Below are positions 18,269 to 28,628 of a stretch of DNA of 64,000 bases, piece by piece. The translations under genes were made by a program, and so were the position numbers. This DNA is from Clostridia bacterium (lineage in GTDB: Bacteria > Bacillota > Clostridia > Oscillospirales > CAG-382). A model generated the notes under the pieces. That model did no database searches, was not told the origin of the DNA, and was given only the letters and a program-made list of their open reading frames with translations. Location: assembly GCA_017429165.1 (NCBI GenBank), contig JAFRPL010000037.1, positions 3,009 to 67,008 on the forward strand, written 5' to 3'. The first letter of the stretch is position 1. Every line of letters starts with the position of its first letter.

Positions 18269-20311
18269 GTGCTGTTGTTTTCCGGCACCGCCTTTATAAC
18301 GGTATCGACGGGCAGCGTAGTTTTCCCGCTTTGTTTTGCCGCGCTTGCCGTATCGTGCTGCTTTTTGAGCGCGATACGGCTTATTCGTATACGTACCGCG
18401 GTCATACTTGCGATAATTCCGTTTATCGCGATCGCATATACGAAGATCTACGCGGCTGTCAGGCTGCCGGATTCGCAGACGGAAGGCACAGTCTACGCCG
18501 AAGTCACGAACGTCAGCACATATTTCAACGGCAGCAGCGCGACCGTCACGGCGCTTGAAGGAGACGCAGCGGTAAAGCGCGGTGACGGCATAAAGGTATA
18601 TATTTCCGGCACATCAGGTTACCGCTGCGGCGATATCATCCGGTGCCGCGGCAGGTTCGTACCGACAGATGACGCGAAGGCGACAGCGCGCGGCGAGTTT
18701 TACGAATTCGCCGGAGCGACGGCTTACGCCGGGGAAAGCGGCTCGCCGTTCACTCGGATTCGCCGCGGTATCGCCGATATGTGCGACAAATATCTTGACG
18801 CCGATGCGGCGTGGTTCGTAAAAGCCGTGACGATAGCCGACAGGTCGGATATAAGTCCGGAAAACAGCGCCGTCTTTGCAAAGGCGGGGGCGTCGCACGT
18901 GCTGGCGGTTTCGGGGATGCATCTTTCGGTAGTCGTTATGCTCCTTTATTCGCTGCTCGCAAGATTTGTAAGCAACAGATTCGTCCGCTGTTTTGCCGGA
19001 TGCTTTCTGGTTTTCTGTTTCTGCGCCGTTGCCGATTTCCCGTATTCTGCGGTGCGTGCCGGGCTTATGCTTTGCATCACGTTCATTGCGTCGGCGGTAT
19101 CGGCGCGAAGCGATTCTCTGACGTCTCTTTTCGCAGCGCTCGGGATCATCACGGTGATCGATCCGTACTCCACCGCTTCGCTTTCGCTGCAGCTTTCGTT
19201 CCTGTGCACGCTCGGCATGATCTGCGTGGGAAACTCTTACGAATACAAGGCCGATACAAAGCTCGGGAAGATCTTTTTCAAGCTCATCGTGACGCCGTTC
19301 GTCACATCGCTCGCGGTCGTGATCTTTACGCTGCCGGTGATACTGTATAACTTCGGAAAGTTTTCACTCTACGCGCCGCTTTCCACGCTGTTATGCATAT
19401 TGCTCTTCCCGCTTCTGCTTGGGGTTTCGTATCTGTTCTGCATCATTGCGTTTGCCGTGCCGTTCGCCGCAAGCGCCGTTGGGAGCGTCGTTTCGTTTAT
19501 TTCACACGTTTTTACCGGAGCGATCGACATTGTGTCCGGACTTCCCTTCGCATCCGCGCCTTTCTACCCGGCGCTTGTTCCCGCTATATGCGCGTTATGC
19601 GGTATCGCCGCGGCGGCATATCTTATCCTCGGCAAAAAAATCCGCAAAAAAGCATTTATCGCAACGTGCGCGGTCATACCGGCGCTGCTCTTTTCCGCAG
19701 TTCTTATCCCTTATATAATCCGTAACGATACAGTATACTATTCCGACGTTTTCGGCGGATACGGCGCAGCGGTGGCGAGCGACGGAGAATGCGTCTTTAT
19801 AGACAGCGGCAGCGCATATAACGCCACCGATGTGATAAGCGCCGCCGGTTTCGCCGGATGCGATACCCTGGTCATAGCCAATCTCGGCAGGAACTCGCAC
19901 CGGATGATAACTCTTTTTTCTAAAGTCTACGGGACAAAACGGGTCGCCGTTCCCGAACCTCGGACGCCCGACGAACAGGAATTCTTTGATTTGTCTTACG
20001 AAGCCGCGCGCGGGGAAAGCTGCGTATTTGAGCCGTATACCGAGCTCGTGCTCATGGTTGGTGACATAAGACTGTATATAAGCGAAGGCGACGCCGTGAT
20101 AGCGACGCCCGCGGAGAAAGTCTGCATTGCCAAAAAATACATGTATGACGGAAATCACATATATGACAAGATAGTTCTTCCTTCCGCCTATTACCCGCAG
20201 CCGAAAGGCGATATAGATCTGCATTCGCATTACTATTGCGTTTACGAAGATTTCCCTGCGGGTCACGCCACGTTCATCAAAAGGAACGAGTGCGTCGCCA
20301 TAATACCTTGA
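18269..20311 (+). CDS. comEC: ComEC/Rec2-family DNA internalisation channel protein, with a degenerate C-terminal metallo-beta-lactamase-like domain
   Basis: Competence-domain motif FAKAGASHVLAVSGMHLSVV and many TM segments. comEC-holA synteny. Only non-ATG starts are available (GTG 18269) and there is no clear RBS, so the start is uncertain. The C-terminal region reads VIANLGRNSHRM where HxHxDH is expected. Confidence 0.8.
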   Translation: MLLFSGTAFITVSTGSVVFPLCFAALAVSCCFLSAIRLIRIRTAVILAIIPFIAIAYTKIYAAVRLPDSQTEGTVYAEVTNVSTYFNGSSATVTALEGDAAVKRGDGIKVYISGTSGYRCGDIIRCRGRFVPTDDAKATARGEFYEFAGATAYAGESGSPFTRIRRGIADMCDKYLDADAAWFVKAVTIADRSDISPENSAVFAKAGASHVLAVSGMHLSVVVMLLYSLLARFVSNRFVRCFAGCFLVFCFCAVADFPYSAVRAGLMLCITFIASAVSARSDSLTSLFAALGIITVIDPYSTASLSLQLSFLCTLGMICVGNSYEYKADTKLGKIFFKLIVTPFVTSLAVVIFTLPVILYNFGKFSLYAPLSTLLCILLFPLLLGVSYLFCIIAFAVPFAASAVGSVVSFISHVFTGAIDIVSGLPFASAPFYPALVPAICALCGIAAAAYLILGKKIRKKAFIATCAVIPALLFSAVLIPYIIRNDTVYYSDVFGGYGAAVASDGECVFIDSGSAYNATDVISAAGFAGCDTLVIANLGRNSHRMITLFSKVYGTKRVAVPEPRTPDEQEFFDLSYEAARGESCVFEPYTELVLMVGDIRLYISEGDAVIATPAEKVCIAKKYMYDGNHIYDKIVLPSAYYPQPKGDIDLHSHYYCVYEDFPAGHATFIKRNECVAIIP

Positions 20312-20327
20312 AAAGGAGGTCGGCAGT

Positions 20328-21359
20328 ATGTCAGCCGAAGCGCTCACAGCCAAACTGAAATCAAAAGACATAACCGGGGTCTACGTTTTTTACGGCGACG
20401 AAGAATATACCAAGGACCATTATCTGCGCAAGCTGCGCTCCTTCTGCGGCGAAAGCGCGGCGGAATATGCGAATATCGTTTACGAACCGGGCGCGCTGAC
20501 GCCGGAATCGCTCGCGGTTGCCGTGGATACGCCTTCGTTCGTTTCGCCCTGGAAAGTCATTGAGATATACGGCTTTTCGTTTTCGGGGCAAACGAACGAC
20601 GCTTCGGATTACCTGGATATACTTTCCGAGCTGCCGTACGGGGTCGCTGTGGTGTTCGTCTACCGTTCGGGCGAACTGACTGAGGATTCTTTTATAAAAA
20701 GAAAGCCCGGCTCCAACGAGGTGCTGGATTTCTTTGACGAATCGTGCATACGAGTGAATTTTGAAAAGCAGTCGGGTGCGCGGCTCACCCAATGGATAAT
20801 ACGGCATTTTACCGGCAACGGAGCCAAGATAACACGCCGCGGCGCGGAATTCCTGCCCGAATACTGCGGCAGCGATATGTATATCCTCAACGGTGAAATC
20901 GAAAAACTGTGCTCGTATTATAACGGGACGCCGCTCGATATCGAAGACGTCAGGCTGGTTTGCTGCGAGAACTACGATTACAAGCTTTACGATATAGTCA
21001 ACTGTCTCGGAGTTGCCGACGCGCCGCGGCTCAAGAAGGTCTACGACGGTCTGGTGTTCGCCAAGACTCCGCCCGAAGTGATATCGGGCACCGTTGCGAA
21101 CTATTTCACCGATATGGCCGCCGTTAAAAAAGCGCTCGGCGCGGGGGTCCCGCCCGCCGAAGTCAAAAAAGCGCTTGCCATGGCGGACTGGCAGTACAAC
21201 CGCGTTTTCAACGCGATGCGGAACTTTTCGCCCGAAACCATAACAAAGGCGCTCGCCGAATGCCGTAAATGCGACGCCGAGGTAAAGACCGGCGCTTCGG
21301 ATCCGTACACGGTCATAGAGATAACGCTTTACAGGATAATGTCTTATGCCAAAAGATAA
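20328..21359 (+). CDS. holA: DNA polymerase III subunit delta
   Basis: 343 aa with a YVFYGDEEY-type N-terminus. The size and the position immediately after comEC are as in other Firmicutes. Confidence 0.8.
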   Translation: MSAEALTAKLKSKDITGVYVFYGDEEYTKDHYLRKLRSFCGESAAEYANIVYEPGALTPESLAVAVDTPSFVSPWKVIEIYGFSFSGQTNDASDYLDILSELPYGVAVVFVYRSGELTEDSFIKRKPGSNEVLDFFDESCIRVNFEKQSGARLTQWIIRHFTGNGAKITRRGAEFLPEYCGSDMYILNGEIEKLCSYYNGTPLDIEDVRLVCCENYDYKLYDIVNCLGVADAPRLKKVYDGLVFAKTPPEVISGTVANYFTDMAAVKKALGAGVPPAEVKKALAMADWQYNRVFNAMRNFSPETITKALAECRKCDAEVKTGASDPYTVIEITLYRIMSYAKR

Positions 21360-21948
21360 GCTCGAACTTTTATACCCGGTTGCGGTAGAAGGAAAATACG
21401 ATAAGATACGCCTTTCCAACGTCGTTTCTTCCCCCATAATCGTGCTAAACGGTTTTTCGGCGTTCAAAAGCGACGAGACGCTTTCCCTACTGAAAGCGTA
21501 CGGCAAGGAAGGTATCATATTGCTTACGGATCCTGACAATGCTGGGACGTTCATACGCGGAAAACTGAAGTCACTGCTCGGCGGCGTAAAGATATTCAAC
21601 ATCTACGCGCCGGCGATAATCGGGGCCGACAGCCGCCGGAACCACGTCTGTAAAGAAGGTGTGCTCGGCGTCGAGAGCACCGATGAACAGACGCTTTACG
21701 ATCTCCTTCTTCCGTTTTCACATACAAAAAGACGCGAAAAGCCGGCGTTTCTGACGCCCGGGCGGGCATACGCCGACAAGCTGAATGGCTGCAGCGGAAG
21801 TTCGGATTTAAGGACTTCGCTTTGCGCTGTTCTGGGGCTTCCCGGAAACATTTCCGCAAAAGCGCTTATTGAGTATATAAACGATAACCTAACGGAGCCC
21901 GAATACGTTTCGGCGCTCGAAAAAGCCGCGGGAGAAAACAGAAAATGA
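21346..21948 (+). CDS. Toprim-domain protein (RNase M5 / DUF4093-like)
   Basis: VAVEGKYDKIRL ... NG ... GIILLTDPDNAGTFIRGKL ... GVES parallels the RNase M5 blocks VEGKDDxxRL / TNG / ILTDPDxxGxxIR / GVE. Confidence 0.6.
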   Translation: MPKDKLELLYPVAVEGKYDKIRLSNVVSSPIIVLNGFSAFKSDETLSLLKAYGKEGIILLTDPDNAGTFIRGKLKSLLGGVKIFNIYAPAIIGADSRRNHVCKEGVLGVESTDEQTLYDLLLPFSHTKRREKPAFLTPGRAYADKLNGCSGSSDLRTSLCAVLGLPGNISAKALIEYINDNLTEPEYVSALEKAAGENRK

Positions 21949-23204
21949 AAACTGTGTCTTTCTGCACGCTTGGATGCCGCGTCAACCAGTATGAGATCCA
22001 GGCGATACGGGAAACATTCATAAACGGCGGTTACGCCGAGGTCGATTTCGGCAAAAAGTGCGATTTCTGCATAATAAACACCTGCGCCGTTACAAAAGAA
22101 AGCGAAAAGAAATCGCGCAACGCCATATCGCGCGCCGCGCGCTGCAGCGCCGGGGTGATCGTCACCGGCTGTTACGCCGAGCTTTGCCGCCTGACCGAAA
22201 ATATGCCTGCAAACGTGCTTTGGTGCGGCGGATGCAGCATGCGCGATAAAATATATGAAATATGCGAAGGCGCGGCAGCAGAATACGGAATAAAGACTTC
22301 TTACGAAAAGCTTAACATAGGGACCACCGGCGCGCTCCCCAACGAGCGCTACCGCGCGTACGTAAAAATCGAAGACGGCTGCAACGGAAGATGCGCGTAC
22401 TGCATTATCCCCAAGCTGCGCGGCAGATCGTATAACAGAGACGAAAGCGATATTATCGCCGAATGCGAACGTCTTATTCAAGACGGCGTTTCGGAACTCA
22501 TATTCACGGGTATAGAAGTTTCGGACTTCGGCTCCGCCGCGTTGTGCCGCCTTATTAAGAAAGCGGCGTTGATAGACGGCGTAAGGCGCATACGGTTGGG
22601 TTCCTTGAATCCTAATACCGTTACAAAAGAATTTGTGCGTACTGTAAAAGAGACGCCGGCTTTCTGCAAGCATCTTCACCTTTCGGTCCAGTCGGCGAGC
22701 GACAGCGTGCTCAAAGCCATGCGGCGTCCGTACGGAGCGCAAAAGTTATACGACGTCGTGGATTTGCTGTATTCAGAGATCCCGGAAATAATGATAACAG
22801 CCGATATAATATCGGGATTTCCGGGAGAAACGGAAAGCGATTTTGAAGAAAGCCTGCGTTTTGTAAAAGAGGCGCGCCTTATGCACGTCCACGCGTTCCC
22901 GTTTTCGCTTCGTCCGTTCACGGAGGCGGCGGCGATGACCGGCAAAGTGCCCGAACAGGTCAAAAAGGCCCGCAACGCGGCTGTTATCGAACAATCAGAG
23001 CGCAACAAACGGGATACGGCGCTTTCGATGTTTGGCAAAAAAGTTGAGCTGCTCGTTGAAAAGAACGAAAATTCCCGCGCTTACGGTCACACCGACGGTT
23101 TTATGGAAGCGTATGCAGCGGATTCGTGCGCGGCGCCGGGTGAATATATCGAATGCACCGTAACGGGTTTCGACGGCGCACTGATATGCGAGGAGACAAA
23201 ATGA
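21945..23204 (+). CDS. mtaB: tRNA threonylcarbamoyladenosine methylthiotransferase (MiaB-like radical SAM, MtaB type)
   Basis: UPF0004 N-terminal domain (FCTLGCRVNQYE, INTCAVT), radical-SAM EDGCNGRCAYCIIP and a TRAM-like C-terminus. Collinear with B. subtilis YqeV/MtaB as I recall it. Confidence 0.8.
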   Translation: MKTVSFCTLGCRVNQYEIQAIRETFINGGYAEVDFGKKCDFCIINTCAVTKESEKKSRNAISRAARCSAGVIVTGCYAELCRLTENMPANVLWCGGCSMRDKIYEICEGAAAEYGIKTSYEKLNIGTTGALPNERYRAYVKIEDGCNGRCAYCIIPKLRGRSYNRDESDIIAECERLIQDGVSELIFTGIEVSDFGSAALCRLIKKAALIDGVRRIRLGSLNPNTVTKEFVRTVKETPAFCKHLHLSVQSASDSVLKAMRRPYGAQKLYDVVDLLYSEIPEIMITADIISGFPGETESDFEESLRFVKEARLMHVHAFPFSLRPFTEAAAMTGKVPEQVKKARNAAVIEQSERNKRDTALSMFGKKVELLVEKNENSRAYGHTDGFMEAYAADSCAAPGEYIECTVTGFDGALICEETK

Positions 23205-24199
23205 CCGAAGATATTCAGGAACTTTTTTCGGAAAGCGGCGCGATAGGCCGCCTTTCGGCAAAATATTCAAAAGCGTCATTTGCCGATGAAACGCTTTACG
23301 CCGTGGCTGAACGTATGTTTTCGCACTTTTGCGGCAAGGACGGAACTTTGCGCGTATGCAATATGGATGAATATGCCGCCTGCCGCGACAAAGACGCCCG
23401 GTTCCTTGCCGGCGACGTGATATGGCGTGCGCAAAGCGTGACAGATCCGAAACGGCTTGGCGTGAAACTGAACAGATGCGTAACGTCCCTTGCTTCGCTT
23501 TGCGAAAAATGCACGGGTTTCTGCATAGACGTAACTCTCGCCGGAGGCGATACGGCGAGCGATATCGCCGAAAACACGTTTTTCGTCCTTCCGGCCGATA
23601 TCGCGCGCACGAATATGAAAAAGTACGAAAAATACGCTTACGGGCTGTGTGAATGCGGTATCGTCACCTGCGACGGCGCGATAACCTTTTTAAGAGACGG
23701 CGAAGAATATCTTAGCGGTACGTATCATGAGCTGACAGGGCGGAACGATCCCGAAAACTGCGCAGTCCGAAGCGCTGAAGACTACAGAAACGGGTGTTTA
23801 GCCGTGTTTTCGAAGCTTGCGGCGCTGAATTCGCCCGCGGTATTTGAGGACGCGCCTGTACCGGAACGCTCATATTCGGATCCGGTCGCCTACCGTCTGG
23901 GACTCGCCGCGGCGGGGGCTCGCGGATACAAACGCGCAAAGCGCAAGGTGCCGCTTCCGCAAGGTCGCAAAAAGCTTAATGCGTATCCTCTGCCGTGCTG
24001 TGACGGCATGCCCGATCTGCCCGCATGGCATTACGCGCTGAGAGTAATGCTCAAGCGCGCTTCCGTACGTTACGGCGAATACGCCGCCGCCGTATGCGAC
24101 TGCGATCCTTCGGTCTTTACGGAAAACGGCTACGAACTTGAATGCGAAAGCAAAGATTTCGCCGCTACGGGCTATATTGCGATAACGTATCGCCAATAA
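23201..24199 (+). CDS. Hypothetical protein
   Basis: Start moved to ATG 23201 (MTEDIQELF) behind GAGGAGA. ATGA overlap with the mtaB stop. No recognisable motif. Confidence 0.55.
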   Translation: MTEDIQELFSESGAIGRLSAKYSKASFADETLYAVAERMFSHFCGKDGTLRVCNMDEYAACRDKDARFLAGDVIWRAQSVTDPKRLGVKLNRCVTSLASLCEKCTGFCIDVTLAGGDTASDIAENTFFVLPADIARTNMKKYEKYAYGLCECGIVTCDGAITFLRDGEEYLSGTYHELTGRNDPENCAVRSAEDYRNGCLAVFSKLAALNSPAVFEDAPVPERSYSDPVAYRLGLAAAGARGYKRAKRKVPLPQGRKKLNAYPLPCCDGMPDLPAWHYALRVMLKRASVRYGEYAAAVCDCDPSVFTENGYELECESKDFAATGYIAITYRQ

Positions 24200-24203
24200 A
24201 AAA

Positions 24204-24237
24204 ACGCCTTTACGCATCCATAAATGCGCAAAGGCGT
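24204..24237. terminator. Bidirectional terminator between convergent genes
   Basis: ACGCCTTTACGCAT (24204-24217) / ATGCGCAAAGGCGT (24224-24237) with one mismatch. Flanked by an A-run upstream and a T-rich tract downstream. Confidence 0.65.
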
Positions 24238-24247
24238 ATTATTATGT

Positions 24248-25315
24248 TCAGAACGACAGCGCGGTCTCGGTCATCCAGTTGAGTTTTTCTTCCATATCGC
24301 GCACCAGTTTGAACTGAGTGCGGGCGCGCAGCAGATTGTGTTCGGGCTTGCTTATGTGGAAATAAACGTCGCCTTCGATATAATCGGCGAGGAAACGCAC
24401 ACCGCATTCGAGCGTCATCAGTATAGCGCCCCACGGGAGCATGCGCAGTTCATCTTGCGTAAGCGAGCCGCCGCAGGATGAAATGAAGCCCTTTGCGTAA
24501 GTGGAGTAAAGCTTGGGGACGAAGCGGACTTTTCTGAGATCCGGTTCGTCTTCAACGGCGCTGCTGGCTCCGAAACGGATGGAATCTCCGAAATCGTTGA
24601 CCGAAAGGCCGGGCATGACGGTATCGAGATCTATGACGCAGAGCGCCTTGCGGGTGGTTTTATCGAGCAGGACGTTGTTGAGTTTTGTGTCGTTATGAGT
24701 AACACGCAGCGGAAGTTTGCCCGCCTTGTAAGCGTCGGTGCAAACCGAGGCGTACTTTTGCCGGGAAAGCGCGAAGGCGATCTCTTCCTTTGCGTTTTTG
24801 GCTCTGCCGAGAGGATCTTTTTCGAGCGCTTTTATAAAGTTTTCGTATCTCTTCGGCGTGTTGTGGAAATCCTTTATTGTCTCGTAAAGGATCGACGCGT
24901 CGAAATCCGAAAGCATACGCTGAAAGTTGCCGAACCCGCAGGCGGACTGATAAAAATCTTCCGCCGATTCGGCTTTGTCGAGGCAGATGCTGTCTTTTAC
25001 GAATTCATAAACGCGCCAGCAGCCCTCGCCGCCGAAATACAGCGGCGAACCGTCGGCAGTGCTGACGACGGTCATATGCGAGCGCGGATCGGGATCGCGC
25101 GATGCGATATGATCGCACACGGCGCAAATATTGTGCATAAGCAGATCCGGCCGCGTAAAAATGCGCTGATTGATCTTTTGGAGTATATAGCACGCGCCGT
25201 TTTCGCATTTCACCAGAAACGTCTGGTTGATATGCCCGCTGCCGTAGCGTTCGCTGGTCAGCGGCTTTGACACAAGCGCGAAATTTGACAGTACGGATCT
25301 GTGGATCTGTTCCAT
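24248..25315 (-). CDS. nahK: Anomeric N-acetylhexosamine 1-kinase (NahK/LnpB-like; AmgK-like alternative), APH-fold phosphotransferase
   Basis: 355 aa. GSGHINQTFLV nucleotide loop, catalytic THNDTKLNNVLLD, then IDLDTVMPG. Confidence 0.75.
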   Translation of the reverse strand: MEQIHRSVLSNFALVSKPLTSERYGSGHINQTFLVKCENGACYILQKINQRIFTRPDLLMHNICAVCDHIASRDPDPRSHMTVVSTADGSPLYFGGEGCWRVYEFVKDSICLDKAESAEDFYQSACGFGNFQRMLSDFDASILYETIKDFHNTPKRYENFIKALEKDPLGRAKNAKEEIAFALSRQKYASVCTDAYKAGKLPLRVTHNDTKLNNVLLDKTTRKALCVIDLDTVMPGLSVNDFGDSIRFGASSAVEDEPDLRKVRFVPKLYSTYAKGFISSCGGSLTQDELRMLPWGAILMTLECGVRFLADYIEGDVYFHISKPEHNLLRARTQFKLVRDMEEKLNWMTETALSF

Positions 25316-25323
25316 ACTTTACG

Positions 25324-27027
25324 TTACCTCCGGATGATATCGTATAGTTTGCTTTCGAGCGCGTTATAATCATTTATATCGCACGAAAGCATTTTTTCTT
25401 TTTCGAGCACGTGATTTGGCGTGAAATACGTTTCTATGTCGAACGTTCGCATGACGAACGCGTAGAGCGCGCGCATTTCGTCGGCATCCGCTTTTTCTTT
25501 TGCCATACACAAAAGCTCAAACAGCTCGGCGGCGTGCCGCATCGCTTTGTATCTGAGCGAAAGCAGTACCCTTCCCCCGCGCGACGGATAGACGAAGTTC
25601 ACGTCGCCGCACGGGAAGGCGGCGTACTTTACGCTCGTGCGCGGATCATCGGGAAACACGGTGTAGTTCCAGCGCAGGAAACCGTCGAACCCCATAAAAG
25701 AAGTCAGAACGGCGAGGAAAAGCGTTTCGCAAAGTTCGTTCTTTAAGAACGTGTTGGGATAATGCGGATAGCAGCAGACGTACCACAAAAAGCGTTTTCC
25801 CGGCGCGCCCAGATAGCTTTGTATAGTCTTATATTGCGATGACACGCACGAAATGAACGGCACGAAGTCGGATATCACGTCGCCGAATTCGGGTATGAAT
25901 TCCGCGTGGTTGATGGCGGCTTTCATTACGAAAGACGGCGCCGTCTTATGCAGGCGCGTGACCGAACGGCGGTACGCTTCGATATCCGCCGGTTCGTCCG
26001 CGGCTATGCGGACCTTATCTATAAGGCGTTCGCGTATGAAACAGCGCTCGAGAGAACGGATATAGTTATCTATATCCTTTGAACGCCGCATAAACCTGTA
26101 AACTCCGGTCTTTTCGTCATAATACCGTATGCGTATGCCGTCGGGATAACGCGCCGCCGGCTTTTTGAACCCGTGCGCAGGGTCGCCGTTCCAGACGTTG
26201 ACAAGGCCGTAAACGGATATTTCCTTATCTATGCCGTTGGCAAAGCAAAGATCGATATAGCGGAGCATGGCGGAATAATCGTATTCGAATCTTCCGCTTG
26301 CGCGTTTTGTGACGCGGACCATAGAATATTCAAAAAGGTTCGCTTTTTCCTGAGCCGCAGCGCAGCTCTGCCCCGACCACGGGATCTCGGACACGACGAC
26401 GGTTACGGCTTTCTGCCCAAGATATGCGAGAGATTTGACGTAGCTTTCGAGCACTTCGAAATGCTCTTCCGAAAACAGAGGCGTTTCGTGCTTGCGCGCG
26501 AGATTCGACGAATGCTGCCAGAGATCGAGATAGAATTTGAATTCGTGCGCATCAGGAAGGATTATGTCAACCACTTCAACTGATATTTCGGTTTTATAAA
26601 ACAATTCTTCGTCCGAAAACATTGAGGAACGGTATACATTCAATACACACTTCCCGCTTTTGGAATTCTTAGTTATGTCAACTTCCGCCCAAAAGGCGCA
26701 TATATTCCCCGCGTCCACGTCGCAGAATTTCTGCGAAAGCAGGATATCTGCGCATTCGCCGACGTCGTCGGGGATCATCCCTTCGGGATATATATTGACG
26801 TTATAGTCCGAAACAATTTCAAAACGGTATTCAAAGCCGCCGCAGTGCTGCGGAAAATACAGCTCGTCGCCGCATCTGACGGCGCAGTCGGAATCGGAAA
26901 GCAGCATTATCTGGAACGCCGCCGCGCGGTTTTTGACTGTCTTTAACGAGTTTATCGCCGGAATATCCTCAAAACGGGTGTCCGAACGTAATTTAAAGAG
27001 CGGAGAAGCGATCTTGAACTGAATCAT
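25324..27027 (-). CDS. DUF4091 / GH123-like putative beta-N-acetylhexosaminidase, cytoplasmic (no signal peptide)
   Basis: Start moved to ATG 27027 (MIQFKIASPL) behind AGGAGGT. ATGA overlap with the upstream gene. The C-terminal region (LWYVCCYP..PNTF...GFDGFLRWNY) resembles DUF4091. This is recollection-based. Confidence 0.55.
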   Translation of the reverse strand: MIQFKIASPLFKLRSDTRFEDIPAINSLKTVKNRAAAFQIMLLSDSDCAVRCGDELYFPQHCGGFEYRFEIVSDYNVNIYPEGMIPDDVGECADILLSQKFCDVDAGNICAFWAEVDITKNSKSGKCVLNVYRSSMFSDEELFYKTEISVEVVDIILPDAHEFKFYLDLWQHSSNLARKHETPLFSEEHFEVLESYVKSLAYLGQKAVTVVVSEIPWSGQSCAAAQEKANLFEYSMVRVTKRASGRFEYDYSAMLRYIDLCFANGIDKEISVYGLVNVWNGDPAHGFKKPAARYPDGIRIRYYDEKTGVYRFMRRSKDIDNYIRSLERCFIRERLIDKVRIAADEPADIEAYRRSVTRLHKTAPSFVMKAAINHAEFIPEFGDVISDFVPFISCVSSQYKTIQSYLGAPGKRFLWYVCCYPHYPNTFLKNELCETLFLAVLTSFMGFDGFLRWNYTVFPDDPRTSVKYAAFPCGDVNFVYPSRGGRVLLSLRYKAMRHAAELFELLCMAKEKADADEMRALYAFVMRTFDIETYFTPNHVLEKEKMLSCDINDYNALESKLYDIIRR

Positions 27028-28628
27028 CTGTGACCTCCTGATCTTGCGTAGGATTCGGCGCATTTAATGCCGTCTGCCGCCGCAGACATTATACCGCCGG
27101 CGTAGCCCGCGCCTTCGCCGACCGGATACAGCCCTTTGAGCGATGACTGCATATCCTCACCGCGAACTATCCTGAGCGGACATGTGCTGCGGCTTTCCAC
27201 GCCGGTAAGGACGGCGTCGGGAGAAGCGAAGCCGGGTATGAGTTTATCTATCATCGGTATCCCCTGCGCCAACGTCTGACGGACGAACGGCGGAAGCACG
27301 TCTTTGAGGCAGGTCGGCGTGACGCCGCGCGGATAGGTGGGTTCGACCGAACCGAAGGAACGCGTTTTAACGCCCTTTGCAAAATCGGCGTATATCTGCG
27401 CCGGCGCCTTATATTCGCCGCCGCCTGATTCGTACGCCGCGCGTTCGAGCTTTCTTTGGAATTCGATACCGGCGAAAAGCGAACTGTCTGTCATGTCGCC
27501 CGGTTCCACGCTAACAAGCAGCGCGGAGTTTGCGTTTTTGCCGTCGCGCGCGCGGAAGCTCATTCCATTGGTGACGACGCAGCGCTCTTCGCTCGCCGCG
27601 GCGGTGACGTAGCCGCCCGGGCACATACAAAACGTGTAAAGAGTCCTGCCGTTAGGCGTATGGACCGCCGCCTTGTATTCCGCGGCGGGGAGCCGTTCGT
27701 CGCCCGTGTACGAGTGATAACGCGCTTTGTTTATCGCCGACTGCAGATGTTCTATACGCACTCCCACCGAAAACGGCTTGCGTTCGAGTGTCACGCCGCT
27801 TTCATGCAGCGAGCGGAACACGTCGCGCGCTGAATGTCCCACGCACAGAAAAACCGTATCCGTATCAATGATCTCGCCGTCTGCCAGCTTTAAGCCGCAC
27901 AGCGCGCCGTTTTCGGATATTACGGATTCGAACCGGGTGCAAAACCGGAACGCACCGCCGTACTTTTTGATGTGTTCGCGCATATTCTTTATAACGCCGC
28001 GCAGCACGTCGGTGCCGATATGCGGATGCGCTGAATACAGTATATCCTCCGGCGCGCCGAATTCAACGAAACGGCGCAGTATATATGCGCATCTCGCGTC
28101 TTTATCTTTTATCAGCGTGGTAAGTTTGCCGTCGGAAAAAGCGCCGGCGCCGCCTTCGCCGAACTGGATATTGCTCTCCGTATCCAGCTCGCCGGTCTTG
28201 AAAAAACGTTCGGTTTTGCGCGCGCGGACGTCTATATCGTCGCCGCGCTCTATTATGACGGGCGCGCAGCCGCTTTCGGCAAGCATAAGCGAGCAGAATA
28301 TCCCGGCAGGGCCGAACCCGACGACTACGGGCTTTTTTGTTTTGACGCCGGAAACAGGCGGAAAAACGTACCGAGGCGCGTCGTACGGATACACGCACTC
28401 GACGCCGTTTTTGACGGCGTTTTCGTATAGGATCTCTTCGCGCTCAGCCGAAACGTCGAAAGTGCAGACGTAACGCGGTTCGCGCCTTCCGCGGCAGTCG
28501 AGCGACCTGTGCGCGAAAGTATATTCAAGCTTTTCTTCGTTCCCGCAACCGAGCAGAGAACGCAGCGCATTTTCGCATGAACGTTCCGTATAACCCGGCG
28601 GCAGGAGCACGTTCTTTACGCGTATCAT
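27024..28628 (-). CDS. FAD-dependent oxidoreductase of the COG2509 type
   Basis: 534 aa. Rossmann VVVGFGPAGIFCSLMLAESG, then NIQFGEGGAGAFSDGKL and CPGGYV blocks typical of this uncharacterised flavoprotein family. Confidence 0.7.
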   Translation of the reverse strand: MIRVKNVLLPPGYTERSCENALRSLLGCGNEEKLEYTFAHRSLDCRGRREPRYVCTFDVSAEREEILYENAVKNGVECVYPYDAPRYVFPPVSGVKTKKPVVVGFGPAGIFCSLMLAESGCAPVIIERGDDIDVRARKTERFFKTGELDTESNIQFGEGGAGAFSDGKLTTLIKDKDARCAYILRRFVEFGAPEDILYSAHPHIGTDVLRGVIKNMREHIKKYGGAFRFCTRFESVISENGALCGLKLADGEIIDTDTVFLCVGHSARDVFRSLHESGVTLERKPFSVGVRIEHLQSAINKARYHSYTGDERLPAAEYKAAVHTPNGRTLYTFCMCPGGYVTAAASEERCVVTNGMSFRARDGKNANSALLVSVEPGDMTDSSLFAGIEFQRKLERAAYESGGGEYKAPAQIYADFAKGVKTRSFGSVEPTYPRGVTPTCLKDVLPPFVRQTLAQGIPMIDKLIPGFASPDAVLTGVESRSTCPLRIVRGEDMQSSLKGLYPVGEGAGYAGGIMSAAADGIKCAESYARSGGHR

